A DNA stretch of 63,011 bases, filler included, from Choristocarpus tenellus KU-1152 (Eukaryota; Protista; Phaeophyceae), in the NCBI GenBank assembly GCA_964200185.2. It is 12 parts of 12 records of this genome, joined end to end, with 100 filler letters (N's around TTAATTAATTAA, not from the genome) between each part and the next. Parts side by side here need not be neighbours in the genome. Positions count along the whole stretch, not along the records: positions 29,119 to 43,647 come from CAXNAD020001168.1; positions 43,748 to 46,365 come from CAXNAD020026229.1; positions 46,466 to 49,763 come from CAXNAD020020958.1; positions 49,864 to 57,784 come from CAXNAD020005391.1; 8 more parts are not named here. One strand, 5' to 3'. Shown here in pieces: positions 40,601-54,074 of the stretch. Every line of letters begins with the position of its first letter. Position 1 is the stretch's first letter. Under the pieces are notes generated by a model. That model ran no database searches. It was not told the origin of the DNA and saw nothing but the letters and a program-made list of their open reading frames with translations. Both the position numbers and the translations under genes were made by a program.

Positions 40601-43528
40601 CTATGCTCTCAAAGCTGCACTTGTTGCCAGATGTGTGTTGTGACCCTGACAAGCAGTTGCAATTAACTGGCAAGAGCTGAACTAGTTGTAGACTTAAATA
40701 ACAAAATTAGTCCTCTAGGTTATCAAATTGTTTTTTCCGGGTTAGGGTTGAGTCAATTCAGTTCATGATTTCTGTTGTCCAGGATAGCACTTGTTCTGCA
40801 AGATATACATAGCTCAGACAATGCCGTGTAGTTAATGCCGCAGAGAATTTATTTTGTTTTATTATGTGAGCGTTATGTTGTCTGACTTGTGAACATTTTG
40901 AAGAGGGAAGGAGGAGGTCGAATGCCACTTGTTGCTAGTAGAAGGTAACATGTGATGGGGTCGTCATTTGGAATCACTGGGGGTGGGGGTGAGGCCTGGT
41001 CCTGGTGGGGAAATAGATTTGACGTTGGAATTGTGATAGGTGAAGTTAAACGAACATATACTTTGTTCTTCAGCTCTTTTCTTGCTGTGTAGATATGGGA
41101 CTATGCTTGGTGACATGGAACTTGCTAGATGTGTTGACTAGTCCTGATGTTTACGCTCTTTGCTTCTTGGTTAATGTTGCAGAGATTACTGTGTATGTGA
41201 CAAGTGGCCTGTAATTGCAGAGGACTTCAAGCAGTGGGTTATTGAGGACAAGTTCTGCAACGGGGTCCCAGACTGGGACAAGGTATGCTCCTCTTCTTCA
41301 CTGCCTATCATCCTCAACCCTAAACTGAACTTACACAATTAGGACAGTGTCAGCAAGTGTCACTGCATGAGGCGTTTCCATGCAAGATGAAGATTAGTCG
41401 CCTATTTATTATTGAATGGTCTGTCTCAAACTGTTTCAATACCATGATGGTGCTTGCCCTTCTTCATTTTCTCACTTCAGTGATTGTCACTAACCCTAAA
41501 CCTGGATTAATTTTTACATTATTTTTTTCTGTGTTGAGTTTTTTTCCTCAGCCTTGATATTTTACTCTTCTCGGTTTGGCTTTGTATGTTTGTGGAAGGG
41601 TTTCGATGGTGTGAATGTGCACATGCGGTTACAGGCATGATTTCCCTCCTAACCCTAACCCTAACCCTTGATCGATATGTGTACTCGTTCTTTGCATCAT
41701 TTCCCACACTGGTGACTCAGGTGGGTGCGCTAATGGTCAAGGACGTCAAGCCATACGAGTTCATGAAGCTGCGACTGTTGAATGGTGGTCACAGTTCTCT
41801 GTCATACATCTCTGTCCTCTGTGGCTACAACTATGTGGATGACGCCATGTCTGACCCCCTCATATCAGGTTAGCCCTTGAGGGAATTGTGATAACCTAGG
41901 CTGTCCTTCCATTTCAATTTGACTGGTATGTGAGGCTGCCCTTCAAGATATTGTATTGTTTTTTTGGTCTTATTACCTACATGTTAACAGGTACGTTTGA
42001 GTTTGTGGGACTGTGAAATGTTCTTTTCCGTAGAGGGATGAATGCATCAGACTGTTGGTGGTATCTGTCACGATGAACTTGTTGGTAGACCATGTTTACA
42101 GCTTGTTGTTCTTTGATTTTTGTCAGGCTTTGTGAAGAGCTTCTTCAATGAGATGTCCCCTACTCTCCTTCCTGTGCCTGGGGTGGACACTGATGATTAC
42201 CAAGTCAAGCTCATTGAAAGATTTGGTGAGTGGAAGGTTAGGATTAAGGTTTGTATAATGTTCCAACTTCAGGGGACTGGAGGCTTGATATATAGCCCCA
42301 ACTGCAACTCTCTAGAGTCTTGAAGGGTCAGTTACTCAAGAATTAGGTGAAGTATTGTAACTATATGCACCACCCTCCAATGACTCAGGAAGGTGCTGGT
42401 AGTCAACCCCTACCTGTTGCTAACTGGTTACGCACAATTGACCCTAACCCTAAGTCGTGTATATGAGAGCTATTAATAGATATTTTATCATTTCATCCCT
42501 ATTAATAGAAAGTGTCACGAGTTAGCTCAGGAGGTGGATGTGGGTGAGTGAGTGCATAGTTCTGTTGGTGTGTGGGATCTATTCTAGTATCTCTATTTGG
42601 TGGAGATTAATGATATCTGGGTAAATTAGGCTTACTAGCCCTAAGGTAACTTGTTTATTTGACCAGCCAAGGTAGCACTGAAAGGTTACGGGATACATGA
42701 GTATCTAATTGGTGTACAACAATGAATGACAAGTGATAATTCATGTGCCTCTGCAGTGGGTTTGACCCAGGGTTAGGGTTAGGTTTGATTATTCGCTTGA
42801 TGTGAAAAAACATCTGGTGTGTAATTTGTGTATTGTGTTACGTTGTTCATACAGGCAATCCGTACATCAAGGACAAGCTGAAGCGGTTGGCTGAAGATGG
42901 CTCCAAGAAGATGGCTAACACTATGAAGGAAGGGGTAAGTGACTTCAACCTCTTTCAATGTTTGATATGTAGCTGGTAGGTGTGAATGTTCAATGTTGTG
43001 GAAGCTGGGTGCTACTGTGGTGAGAAGTTTATAGTTCTTGGTTGATTCCCTCTTCTTGGAGTGTATTCTTTTTTTCTTTTTCTTTTTTTCTTTTTGTCTG
43101 CACTATACTTTCGTCAAGACTACAGGTATGGGACTCCACACACTAATGTGAGAATGATGTAGTTATTGCTGAGATGTTTTTGTCACATTATTAACCATGT
43201 CAAGATACAAAATCGACCTATAACTGGGATTCCTTGGTTGATATCAACACATTCCTAATTGAGTGTTGTCCAGAATGTGGTGTACGTTTTCAAATACTGC
43301 ATTGGACGACCCACCCACCCAACTTCCCCCTGCTCTTTTTTCTTGTCATAGACAAAATACCAATTTCTTGCCCATGTGATGTGTCTTTTTCAAATTGTGT
43401 CGATTCTTTAAATATAGGTTATTGAGTTGAGTGAACGAGGGATGTCCTACACTGTAATTGCATTGGCCAATGCGGCATGGATCAAGTATATGTCAGGGGA
43501 GGACTGCGATGGGGAGTTCATCACTGGG
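30602..43528 (+). CDS. M2DH: Mannitol 2-dehydrogenase (long-chain polyol dehydrogenase family), 14 exons, 3' end lost at contig break. Exons: 30602-30703, 31291-31410, 32859-33018, 33645-33700, 34474-34574, 35058-35134, 35922-36115, 38750-38836, 39162-39317, 39651-39793, 41183-41282, 41721-41868, 42127-42225, 42855-42934, 43418-43528 (15 segments if the first three upstream exons are included)
   Basis: Phase-consistent splicing gives the family motifs in order: HLGVGGFHRSHQA, WGIVGIG, IVSLTVTEKGY, TVLSCDNLPENG, FPNTMVDRITP, EDFKQWVIEDKF, PYEFMKLRLLNGGHS, RFGNPYIKDKLKRLAEDGSKK. The first three exons (N-terminal extension) are less certain; the exon-3 donor at 33019 competes with a GTAAGT at 33012. 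Confidence 0.9.
32797..32831. repeat. Interstitial telomere-type repeat (CCCTAA)n; representative of many short tracts (e.g. 11378, 34850, 37475, 41648, 57893, 58637, 59640, 62937)
   Basis: Perfect CCCTAA/TTAGGG runs inside introns and intergenic DNA. Confidence 0.9.
33978..34220 (+). mobile_element. Composite: family C left end with a family A copy (34024-34195) inserted, in an M2DH intron
   Basis: GGGTCAATGTATCTG(G)n...CCGTTTTTGACCCT, then a complete A element, then TTTTTCG continuing the C sequence. Confidence 0.85.
35675..35898. repeat. Compound microsatellite (GATATCT/GATACAT units), intronic
   Basis: Directly visible just upstream of the exon at 35922. Confidence 0.9.
36268..36823. 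mobile_element. Old hAT-like non-autonomous element in an M2DH intron
   Basis: Ends CAAGGACTT.../...AAGCCCTG with an 8-bp flanking duplication ATTCTCGA/ATCCTCGA (7/8 match). Confidence 0.5.
38289..38471. repeat. About 61-bp tandem repeat x3, intronic
   Basis: TGAAGGGTGCAAATGTATCCTTGAGAGGCATGATGGTTGAATCAGTCACCTT occurs three times. Confidence 0.92.
38864..38950. repeat. 14-bp tandem repeat x6, intronic
   Basis: Unit CAAAGTGTTGGCAA. Confidence 0.95.
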
Positions 43529-43545
43529 GTAAGTACAATCGTAGC

Positions 43546-43647
43546 GGGTCAAAGTATCTCGGAGGGGGGGGGGGGGTGCTGGCGTCCGTTTTTGATTCTG
43601 GCTTAATGTATGTAGGTGGGGTTGCAGCTGTCCTTTTGGAGTCAATT
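43546..43647 (+). mobile_element. Composite C::A MITE, second copy, truncated by contig end
   Basis: C left end followed at 43600 by a degenerate A left TIR, at the same junction as in the 33978 copy. Confidence 0.75.
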
Positions 43648-44304
43648 NNNNNNNNNNNNNNNNNNNNNNNNNNNNNNNNNNNNNNNNNNNNTTAATTAAT
43701 TAANNNNNNNNNNNNNNNNNNNNNNNNNNNNNNNNNNNNNNNNNNNNCCAAATGGACGCGGCTCTACCCTCTAAGATACTTTGGCTCAGGATCATACACC
43801 AAAGTCCACGCACGATGCTCCTAAGCACAGCACCAGCGGAGGACCTCTGGAAGTGTATCTTGAAATACTTTCAGAGAAACGTACGACAATAGACCTTGAC
43901 CAATAACCATTCGTATGCACCTCCAGAATCTGTCCGCAGATTACATGAAAGATACGGTACACTAACCCGAAAACAAAACCTGACCCTTTTCCCTTCCTTC
44001 AAACCAACAACTTCAACCCTAACACCCTCAGCGACAACCATGTTTGTTTACATACTAAATCCGACACATGCACGCAAATAAACGAAGTACTGTGTTTAAA
44101 ACAGTACATGATATATATTTTTGTTCCTCTTGCACACACCAGGAGAACAGGCCCTACATAATTGACAGTCCTCTTTGTGTACATACCAAACACGACTCAT
44201 GCAAGCAATTAAACAAAAAAACCCAACTCACAACAGTCCATAGTCTTTTTTTCAATTCCTCATCCTAACAGTGGGAAAACACACCCTAACCGACAGCCCT
44301 CTTT

Positions 44305-44561
44305 GAGTCAACGTATCTTAGAGGGTAGAGCCGCGTCCATTTGGATGCCAAAATCCAATGTGCGATTTTGATGTAATTTTGGCTATTGTGCTTGTTAGGA
44401 AGTGTCTGTACCCTTGTTCCGGACACACCTTTTCATAACGTATACGTTTTACCTACTCGAAACACTTCGGAGTAGGTAAAACGTCATAAAAAACCTGTGG
44501 AAAGTCAAGCCCCAAACGGACAAACAGGGCAACAATCGTACCCTCTAAGATACTTTCACTC
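44305..44561 (-). mobile_element. MITE family B, complete, inverted
   Basis: Both TIRs present; exact 4-bp TSD CTTT. Confidence 0.9.
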
Positions 44562-44624
44562 CTTTATGTGCTAACCCAATCCCACTCATGCAACCAAACA
44601 TACCAATAACCAGCCCTGGAACAA

Positions 44625-44797
44625 AAGTGAAAGTATCTTAGAGGGTACGAGTTTTGCCTTGTTTGTCCATTTGGGGCTTGGCTTCCCTCGGGGTTTTTAT
44701 TACGTTTTCCTAATCCAAAATGTTTCGGGGTAGGCAAAATGTGCATGTTATGAAAAGGTGTGTCCGGAACAAGGATATTGAAATTCCTAACAAACAC
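44625..44797 (+). mobile_element. MITE family B, truncated
   Basis: Left TIR and internal sequence; sits head-to-head with the 44305-44561 copy. Confidence 0.8.
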
Positions 44798-45009
44798 TCA
44801 ATATGATGCAAAATTTGAAGAAAAGAAGCGTCGACTCGGAGTTGAGCCTAGGACCCGTTTAAGTGCAATCAACTCGTCCATCTTATGTTTGGGGAACCCT
44901 CCCCTATGAAATTGACCTACACTGTATTTTTCGATCTGATTTTGTTGCATATCAAACAGCTGATATACGATTTCTTCAACCGACGTGAAGAATATCACCT
45001 GCAGGATTA

Positions 45010-45543
45010 GGGCACTTTAACGGGTACTCTTACCATGTGTGATTCCCGTACATATTCCAACCCATGCAAACTCTAGCTTGTTTGATTGTTTAGTATTTAC
45101 ATAACGTTTGACCTGTTTGTTGAAGTTACACTTGCCAAACAGTGTGCAGTAGTGTCATGTACCACTGTGCAGTGCATGTTGCCATGGATTGACGTATGAA
45201 GCAATGCTGGACAACATATGCACTTGTTTTATCAAGCAAGAATTTGAGGTGTATACAGAAAAGAAAACCATTTCTACACAACCGCCTGATTCATGACACT
45301 TCTGTTAAATGTTTGATAAGAGGCACCAGGTTGCTCACAATGTAATGGGCACTTCAAACATCGACCTTCGAGTAATTGTGTGATATGCACTGCATAATGG
45401 TACATGGCACTACCACACACTGATTTAAGTGAAACTTCAACAAAAAATTCGAAGTTTCATATTTTTGGACAAGAAAACGAGAGAATTTGCATGATTTCAA
45501 GTATGCATGGAAACATGTGGTAAAGGTGCCCATTGAAGAGCCC
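45010..45543. mobile_element. Foldback or long-TIR non-autonomous element (PIF/Harbinger- or MULE-like)
   Basis: Degenerate inverted arms of about 170 bp: GGGCACTTTAACGGGTAC...TGTTGAAGTTACACTT...CATGTACCACTGTGCAGTGCAT pairs with ATGCACTGCATAATGGTACATG...AAGTGAAACTTCAACA...GTGCCCATTGAAGAGCCC. Flanks TTA/TAA. Confidence 0.7.
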
Positions 45544-46539
45544 TAACTTGCGCCAGACACTCTTCACTTCCCGGAACAAAGAGATGAATCGGTAAATCAA
45601 TGTGCTACAAAAACTGACAGGAAAAACAAGGTGGTGACTCCCTTATTTGAAGGGGGGGGAGGGATTTCCCCAACAGTGTGGCTCTCACATTTGTGGTAGG
45701 GCGCCTCTGAAAAAGCATGACAAGACCCTGACTATTTCCAGCACACTACCTGCTAAGGATTTGTCACCTGCAATAACAATCCCACTCTCATCCCTTTGCT
45801 TCCTTCAAGTTGAAGAACAGTTCATGGCCAATCTGGGACTGCTCACGGTACTCTTCATCTAAGCATCTGTAGGATATTCCCTGTACTTGAAGCCAGACAC
45901 CTGGCATCTATCCAGGCGAGGGGTGCTTCCACTTCCTGAGATCCCCCTTCCACGCCTATTGGGTCTTTTGGGAAAGGTTATCCTGTTGTGCATCAGTGGG
46001 GCGCAGTAACGTTTCTATATTACCACATGTGGTGTTGCATTAGTAGTTTGCTTGGGAGTCCATATTGTATGTATGGTCCCAGTCACTGCTGCAACGCCCA
46101 TTGCAAGAAAGGACGAACATACACTCCAGTGCCATCTAGGAGAGGTTAAACAAATGCCAGACCACTTGCTAGGCTGGAAGAACAACACCCTATTATCCAT
46201 TTGTGGTTGCCTACATCCAACACAAAGTTCATCATGCCCGTGGCAAATCGATTCCCTTCTTGGAGGAACCCCTACGCCCTTATTTACTTCACATATTTAT
46301 GTCGGATCTTCCTAAGGTGTATCATGTCCATAATGTTCTTGGCTCAGGTCAAAGTATCTGGGGGGNNNNNNNNNNNNNNNNNNNNNNNNNNNNNNNNNNN
46401 NNNNNNNNNTTAATTAATTAANNNNNNNNNNNNNNNNNNNNNNNNNNNNNNNNNNNNNNNNNNNNACCCCACTGCCTACCCATCCCCTGCGCCCCATCTC
46501 ATTACTTTTTTTTTGCCTTGTTTTTTCAAATCGGAGCAG

Positions 46540-49500
46540 GACTGTGCTGCGAAGCTCACCCGTGCACTGGAGGAGATGCGTGTACGAGGTGTAACTCTTA
46601 ACAAGGTACTGTAACTAACTCCAGACTTAGGTATTTTATATTCAGCTGTGGTGTGCTTCCAAGGGAGGAAATCTCCTCTCATAACGTTGGTAATTTTCAG
46701 TATCAGTTGGAGCACTTTTTCCCACCTCAAATGGCTTTCCTTTCCCGACCACAATGTGTCCCTGTGGTTGGAGTTCTGTTGAGACATGAGTGCGGTTTAG
46801 AATGCATGGGATACATAAACTTCACTAACTTCGGTTTGGAATGCGTTTCTAGCGCTTAATATATTATTCCTCTGGTCATAACTCTCCTCCCTTTGTCCCT
46901 ACCCCCTACCCCCTACCCCTTCTCCATGCCCCCTTCTCCATGCCCCCTTCTCCCCTAGCCGTTCCTGCTGAATGTGCTCAAACATACAGACTTCCTGGAT
47001 GGTACAGTGAATACCTCCTTCATCGCGCAGAACCCAGATCTCCTGCTACCCATGGTAGAATCGAATCGGTGAGTGAGTGATACAATGAAAGTTTAGTGTG
47101 GGTTAGTGAGGTGCCCTGTCAAAGCCCAAAGCCCTAGCTTGTCTCGTGTACGACTTTTTAACCCCAGTTTGAACCTTGTGGGAAAAATTACAAGTGATTC
47201 TTTCTGCAGGTAATTATGAATCTTGGATTCATCTAGGAGTATGTATTATCAATGGTTGGTGCTGGTGCGTGCGGATGGAAGGTTATGTGAACTAGAAAAT
47301 GGAGGCAGCCTTGAGGCGCTAGCTAGTCCTTGGTTTTGCTGGTATTCTATTTCATACCCATGTGATTTTCAATCATTAATTGAATAAATTGATTCTTGGG
47401 TACCACCACCCACCCAACTATTTGTACCCTCTTCCTCCTCTGTTCTCACGTTGTGCAGTGGTCAGAAGCTGCTCAAGTACATTGGTGATGTAATTGTGAA
47501 TGGACCAGACCCATCCCTTGGAGCCGTGTCCGGAGCACCCAGCAATGTTGACCCCTCCATCCCTCCACTCGACCCTGTTGACTTCCCCAAGAGTGAAACA
47601 AACCTGAGGAACACATACCTCAAGGTGCGTAAGATGGATAGAATGCAGTGCTTTCCTTGGTTTGATTCTTCTGTTGAAAAAGGTGAAGGTAGGGGAGGGG
47701 GTGGGGTAATCATGCCATGGTGAAGCAGAGGAGGTGACGACGTGAGTGAATCGGGTTGGCTAGATTGGCCCATGTTAACAAGGTTAATCTATTGGTCTGA
47801 TTGCTGCTGCAGACTGGCACAGTCAATATTAATGCACAATTTTCTGTCCCCCCCCCCCACCCTCTTAACATTTTTTATCGCTCCTGCCAACATCCATTGC
47901 ATTGTACAGGACGGTCCAGAGGCATTTGCCAAGGCAGTCAGGGCTAACAAGGGACTCTTGGTGACTGACACCACATGGAGGGATGCCCACCAGTCCCTCC
48001 TTGCCACTCGAGTTAGGACTGCAGACCTGCTTAAGGTGGCGCCGGCAACATCAGTTGCACTTAAGAATGCCTACAGTCTTGAGTGCTGGGGTGGGGCAAC
48101 ATTTGATGTATCCATGAGGTTCCTCAAGGTGAGCATGAGTCTGAACTTTAACGTACGGGGGGGGAGGGAGGGAGGGGGGGAGGGGGGGAGGAGGAACGTG
48201 CCTGAAATTATAAGTATATGTTTGCCCTCTCTACCTCTTCTGATATAATTCAAGGTACCAAATGATGTGAAAAATACGCGATGGTTCATAGTTTGATTTA
48301 TTAAACTGATTTTTAAAATGCATCGGTTGTTACAAAAATAAACAATTCTACAAAAAAGCCGATGCGTTTCATTGAAGTGTAACCAAGCCTGACTGTGGTG
48401 TCTTATCTTGATAATAGAGAAAAAAAAAAGTTTGTAATAATAATAAGAAATAATTTTTTGTGTGTGTTGAGCAAAACAGTGACACGTTAACACTACCGCT
48501 TCCCACTAGAGTTCATCCTTGTTGCAACTGGTACCCTACTGTGTCTTTGTCATGGTGATGACACACCCACCCCTCAACACCACACCCGCTCACTCTTTAC
48601 GAACGACACGAGAAAATTTTGTTAAAGTCTGGCATGTTCCTCACCTCCAATTGAAACTGCATCTATCCCTAACCCTAAATGCACATGTTGTTTGCAGGAG
48701 TGCCCTTGGGACCGCCTGGCTGAGTTGAGGGAGGCGGTGCCAGACATCCCCTTCCAGATGCTTCTCCGTGGGGCCAACGCTGTGGGATACACTTCTTACC
48801 CGGACAATGTTGTCTACAAGTCAGTGTAGCTGCTGCCCTCAATCTCTTCTGCTTGTTCTTTTTTTCTATCTTTTTTTTAATCTTCCCTTCCTTTTGATGG
48901 CGTTCTTTTGCCCTTGCTATGTTTGGTGTATCCTGACCACTCTGAATCCCACCTTTACCTCTTTACCTGGCCTAGGTTTGGCTTGGCTTGGCTTGGCTCT
49001 CTCCTGCCAGTTCACCTCCTACCACTGTCCCCAAGGCTCTTTCCCTTCCAACCTTCGTTGTTTGCTGTTTAGAACACCATGTCTGTTGCTTTTTTTCCAT
49101 CTGTTTTGTCTCCTTTTATGAACACTTCCTTTGTAATTGAAAATATACATAGAATGTGGTTGTGTCAAGTATGTGTGGGCGGGGGGGCACCTCCACTTCT
49201 CTCTCTCCCTCTCTCCTCCATCATGCTGTCTGCAGTCAATCAGTGCTCACCCTTGATGCGCTGTTCTCACTTTGCCGAACCAACCACCCCCCTTTAAAAA
49301 AAAATATTTCAGGTTCTGTGAAGAGGCCCAGAAGACTGGTATGGATGTGTTCCGTGTCTTTGACAGCCTGAACTACCTTGAGGTGAGGTGATAAACACAA
49401 ACACTGTGTTAAGGTGCCGAATTGCATAAGGTGCTTGCTAGGAGTGCTAATAAAGTAATAAGTGTTTATTCTAAACCCTGATTGATACCATTAGCTGAGG

Positions 49501-49763
49501 TTCGTGCCGAATGCATTGCTACAAAGAATTAAGGTAATTTTGGAAAGATTTTGTGATGCTTGGAGTCTGTATTGAGTTTTAAAATATTTTTTTAATGTAG
49601 TTAACATTTCATGTGCCACAGTTCCCAAATTCATGTGCAACAAAATGCAGTATCCTAACCCCCCCCGCCCCCGCCCCCGCCCCCGCCCCTGCCCCCGCCC
49701 CCGCCCCCTGTGCGCCCAACTTTTGATACCAGAACATGAGGCTGGGCATTGATGCTGTGGGTG
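46540..49763 (+). CDS. PYC: Pyruvate carboxylase, internal fragment (end of biotin carboxylase domain and start of carboxyltransferase domain). Exons: 46540-46605, 46959-47068, 47459-47624, 47910-48128, 48698-48819, 49313-49382, 49733-49763
   Basis: Phase-consistent GT-AG exons encode [83 protein letters not shown] and [11 protein letters not shown]. Confidence 0.95.
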
Positions 49764-51056
49764 NNNNNNNNNNNNNNNNNNNNNNNNNNNNNNNNNNNNN
49801 NNNNNNNTTAATTAATTAANNNNNNNNNNNNNNNNNNNNNNNNNNNNNNNNNNNNNNNNNNNNCCCTCCCCCATCCAACATCTCGTTGATTCTCCTCGGC
49901 CTCTGCGACCTCTGAGGGCCCAAGCCCCCCCGTCAGTAATGAAACAATTCAAAAGAGCACGGCATGGTACTTTAGTTGCTTTCTGAATCGCTATTACTAC
50001 AGAATGCCGTGTATCACTATTGTCTACACCCGGTTGGCGTTTGCAGTACTCATCCCCACAACAACAAAAAAAACTCGGTCATAGGATCAGGAGCAACACA
50101 GTTTGAAACATCATTCCTGCACCTGTAAGAGCAACACTGTGACCCACACCACAGGCCAGTTGGGTAACCCCTAGGCCACAGAGCGTGGTCACCCTGTGAG
50201 GGTTCTGCTCCTTTGCAGTGTTGAGCCCCAGCCCTAACTGACCACTGCATCACCCCCCAATCCCCCCAGCATCACCGAGAGGGTATGTCCAGAAATGAAA
50301 AAAATGAATCAAAGATGTAACAAACAGTGGAAGGATGTTGTGCCCAGCCAGGCAAAGAACAGGGTGAGAGGGGACGACATTAAGTGAGGTTGAGGGGAAG
50401 TGAATAATCTTCTGTAACTATTTGTGGGCAGAGCTTTTTTTCAAAAAAGGCTTTCTTTCCACGAACTTGCCCTCCAATCAAGTCGCATTATGCTATCATC
50501 GAAATCATTAACCCACCATGTCAATCTCCAATTCCTGCAGAACACAGTCTCGCTGGTAGCAATTCTCAACCAACATTGGTCTCCCACATAAATAGTATAC
50601 GTTCACACAAGCCTTCAAGAGTACATATTCTAAACAGAGTGGCTGATTGCTAATGGAAGCATTTATCCTACACAAAGCATTAATGTTGACATGGCCACTA
50701 TTATTAGTAGTACTAACAAATATTTAACGAAGAACTCCAGTGCCATACCCTTCAAATTACAACTACATGGGTTGGACTGCTTTGGGGCTGCATAGATCAC
50801 CCACACTGTGCTTTGGAACTCAGGAGTAAGAACAATCCTGCCCCTAATAGTTACGGCAAAGGAGAACACAGCAACCGCCCAAACAGTCTTTCCTCATCGC
50901 CCTCAAAAAAAACAGTTCCTCCTCGAGACCTAGAGAAGTGAGCAGTATAAAATTACCCCTCTCTGTGACAGTCTGCTTGCTGTGAATGCAGAATACACAT
51001 CCAACAATTTATTGTTATTGTTATTGATCAAAGGTGAAACGTTTCGTGGAGTACAC

Positions 51057-51095
<39 letters not shown>

Positions 51096-51609
51096 AACGC
51101 CTCACTATGTCTCAATGAATTATGATCAACACTAGCTAGAAAGACCTCACCCCTTGGACACAATTGGTGCACGATGCCTTTGATCACCATATTTCCTATC
51201 CGTGCAGAGAGGGAACTATTGCAAAGCACAGGGTCCAACGTTTAAACTCCGCTGTCCAGAACTGCCAACCCCTCTACTTCTCGTCCCCATGTACACAAAC
51301 AAAAATATTAGATGCATGAGCCAGTGTGTTTCACTTTCCACATTCAATGGTGCACACACCGCCTTCTATAGATGGAGTGTAATAGTATGTCCACCAGCAT
51401 GCACACCTTGAAAAAAAGGAATGAAAGTGGACCACAACTGTCATCACAACTGTCATGTGCACAGGATATGTACACAACAACAACGAATAGACATAGAAAA
51501 GCTAGCTAGGTATCATACCCCCAAAAAAACTGTTTGAAGTACATCGCAGCAGTTTCTGCCCCACCCAACACCATGTCCCTAATTAGCAACATGACTCCTT
51601 CACCATCAC

Positions 51610-53818
51610 CTGCTGTTACTACCAAATGAGTACACTTCACCAGAACTTGTAAGAGCCAGGGAGTGGTTCATCCCCCCAGCCATGAGCACCACTCTCCTAC
51701 CACACAGAGAGCTAACCTGCTGCGGCACTGCATAGCTGTCTACAGCATGATTACAAAACGATTTGCAGTCAGTGTTAGGGATCATCACCAGGCATATAGG
51801 GTCATGGTAGGAGCAGGGGTTACCGTTTGACTACATTAGTGCCCATTGGTCAAGGGGATCGAATTGAGTACAGAGGGCATCTAGAGCTAGACGGACGGCT
51901 AGATTACCTCCAAAATCAAGCACACAAGTTTCAGTGGGGAAGTGAGAGGTCTTTGATGGGATGAGAGATGAGAGGAAGCACCTCTTCCTAACAGTTCACA
52001 CAAGTGCTGCTAGGAAACAAGACCGGTCCAAAACTCTCTATAAACCTCCTCAACATCAATTATCAGGCGGATTGACATACTTTGCAGCTCACCATTGTCT
52101 ACAGCAGTGGTAATGAATCTTCTTGGTTCACCATATGAGATTCCTTTCATTGTTATCAGTCGGATAAATTGAGCAAGACATAAAACCAGAGGATCCATTA
52201 TTAAACGAGTGTGGGTAAGATCGTCATACATGCAAGGTGCTCAGTTACAGCAGTTAATACATTCGAAAAATGTTTGGCATCTATGCCAATTCCAAAATGC
52301 ACCTGTGTTGCTCGATAGAATATAGACCTCTGATGAACTGGTAAGCACTTCCTACAAAAGAGAGGAAACAAAATTGGACCTATGTTGTATGGAATCATCT
52401 CTAATGTGAGATCTCTTGACCGCATGCAAGCCAATATCAACATAGTTTCAGTCTCTCAACATGTTCTCTTTTGACTTCACAAAACTCTCGGATGAGTTTG
52501 CATTGATCCACATCAAAATGCACAACTCGGAATGTCAAGAAAACAACACGTTATTTCTTGCGAGAAACTTCTCTGTTCATCCTTGAAAACCAATTGCTCA
52601 CCACTGTTGTCGATACCAAGTTGCCTCATTCTGCCCGTACTGAAGGAGAAAACCTCACCGTTGTAAGTAATGGCAAAGGCGTGATGGTAACCACAGAAAA
52701 CCTGGAGGACAACAACACCAACATCCACAATCAAGATGCAACAAGCATACTTCGAGATAGTGTATTACACGCAATACCGTTAAGAGAGTAGGAGAGACCT
52801 ACAGGGCACCCAGATGTCCACAAAAGCTCATTTAGATCCATTGAATAATGATGGTGAGCTTTTCTGGGGAAGCCTGTCAAACAAAGAACTTATCTTGCTG
52901 CATGCCAAGTGTTCTATATCAACAGATAGTTGATAGCCATCTACGTTGTCGCTAGGTTTGAGTTCAAATATATCTTGGATCACCTCAAATGCACTGGATT
53001 TGAGCAAAGTACATGCACACAAATTGCACGACTTGAGCTTGTATTATTGACTGCAATATGTAATGGACAGAGGACAACAGTGATTCATTCCAGCGAACAG
53101 ACATGATGGCATACTGCAATAAGCGCTACTCTGAGTGATTGGTGTCCGATGAAGGAGTGCAAAATACAGCACACGCTACAGATCATAATAATTTTCAGTC
53201 TTGGTTATGCAGCCATCAATATACAGTTGTGGATTTACCTAGGAAGCAGTATCGGAAGTAGAAAATACTGTGGTCTCCATAACCTGTGCATTAGTGAGCC
53301 TAGACTGCAGCCGGGCCCAACCCGCATCGCAATCCATCGCGACACCGGGGAAGGTATTATACTTGTTATATATCTCGCTCAGTGGGATCATCCTTAAAAT
53401 CGTATGTTCAATCTATACTAACAACAATATTCCCACAACCATCATAGCAATTTTGTTTTTTCACCTGAACAACTTCATCAGAGGGTTCCAGCTGGAACGC
53501 CACAGCTGTTGGGGAAGCCTTAAAATCGGATTGTAACACATCAAGCTGCTCCACTGATCTGGAAAGAGGTGACAATGGGGCCAACAGGCCTATCTTGAAG
53601 AAATGACACAGTAAGACAAACATTCGAAAAACATCAGCAAGCACGTAACGATCGATATCGAGTCGAACGATCTACCTGGCATTTATACCAACAGCATAGA
53701 CAGCGTGTGCGAACCCAGCACCCCTTTCTTCCCCTTCTCGATTTTCCCCTGGCATCTCGCACAACCTCGTCGTGTTTTGCTTCAACCAATATTGTGTTGA
53801 GTTTTGCTACAAATTTCA
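51610..53818 (-). pseudogene. RCC1-repeat protein, fragmentary or degenerate exons, head-to-head with the FKBP gene
   Basis: RCC1-like blades VVLMAGGMNHSLALTSSGEVYSFGSN (~51610-51700) and VFCGYHHAFAITYNGEVFSFSTGRMRQLG (~52610-52701). I could not build a clean continuous spliced ORF, so it may be a pseudogene; the upstream boundary is uncertain. Confidence 0.45.
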
Positions 53819-54074
53819 TAGTTTTTGAATAACAACAACTCTTATTCAAAAATGCCGCCGAACGCCTTCCATACTATCACGAATACAAGAAACATGTGTA
53901 CACATCCTACTCATTGATTGTTTCCCTCATTTTCATTGTACGATTCCCCCTGAGACAGATAGAAAATCTCCCTGAAGTCCATCGCTCAGAGCAAGGATCT
54001 CTTCTTTGAACCTGTACTTCAACTTCATCTTCCTCTCTCAAAAGTTTTGCTTTTGAGTCGCCCTAGATCCAAAC

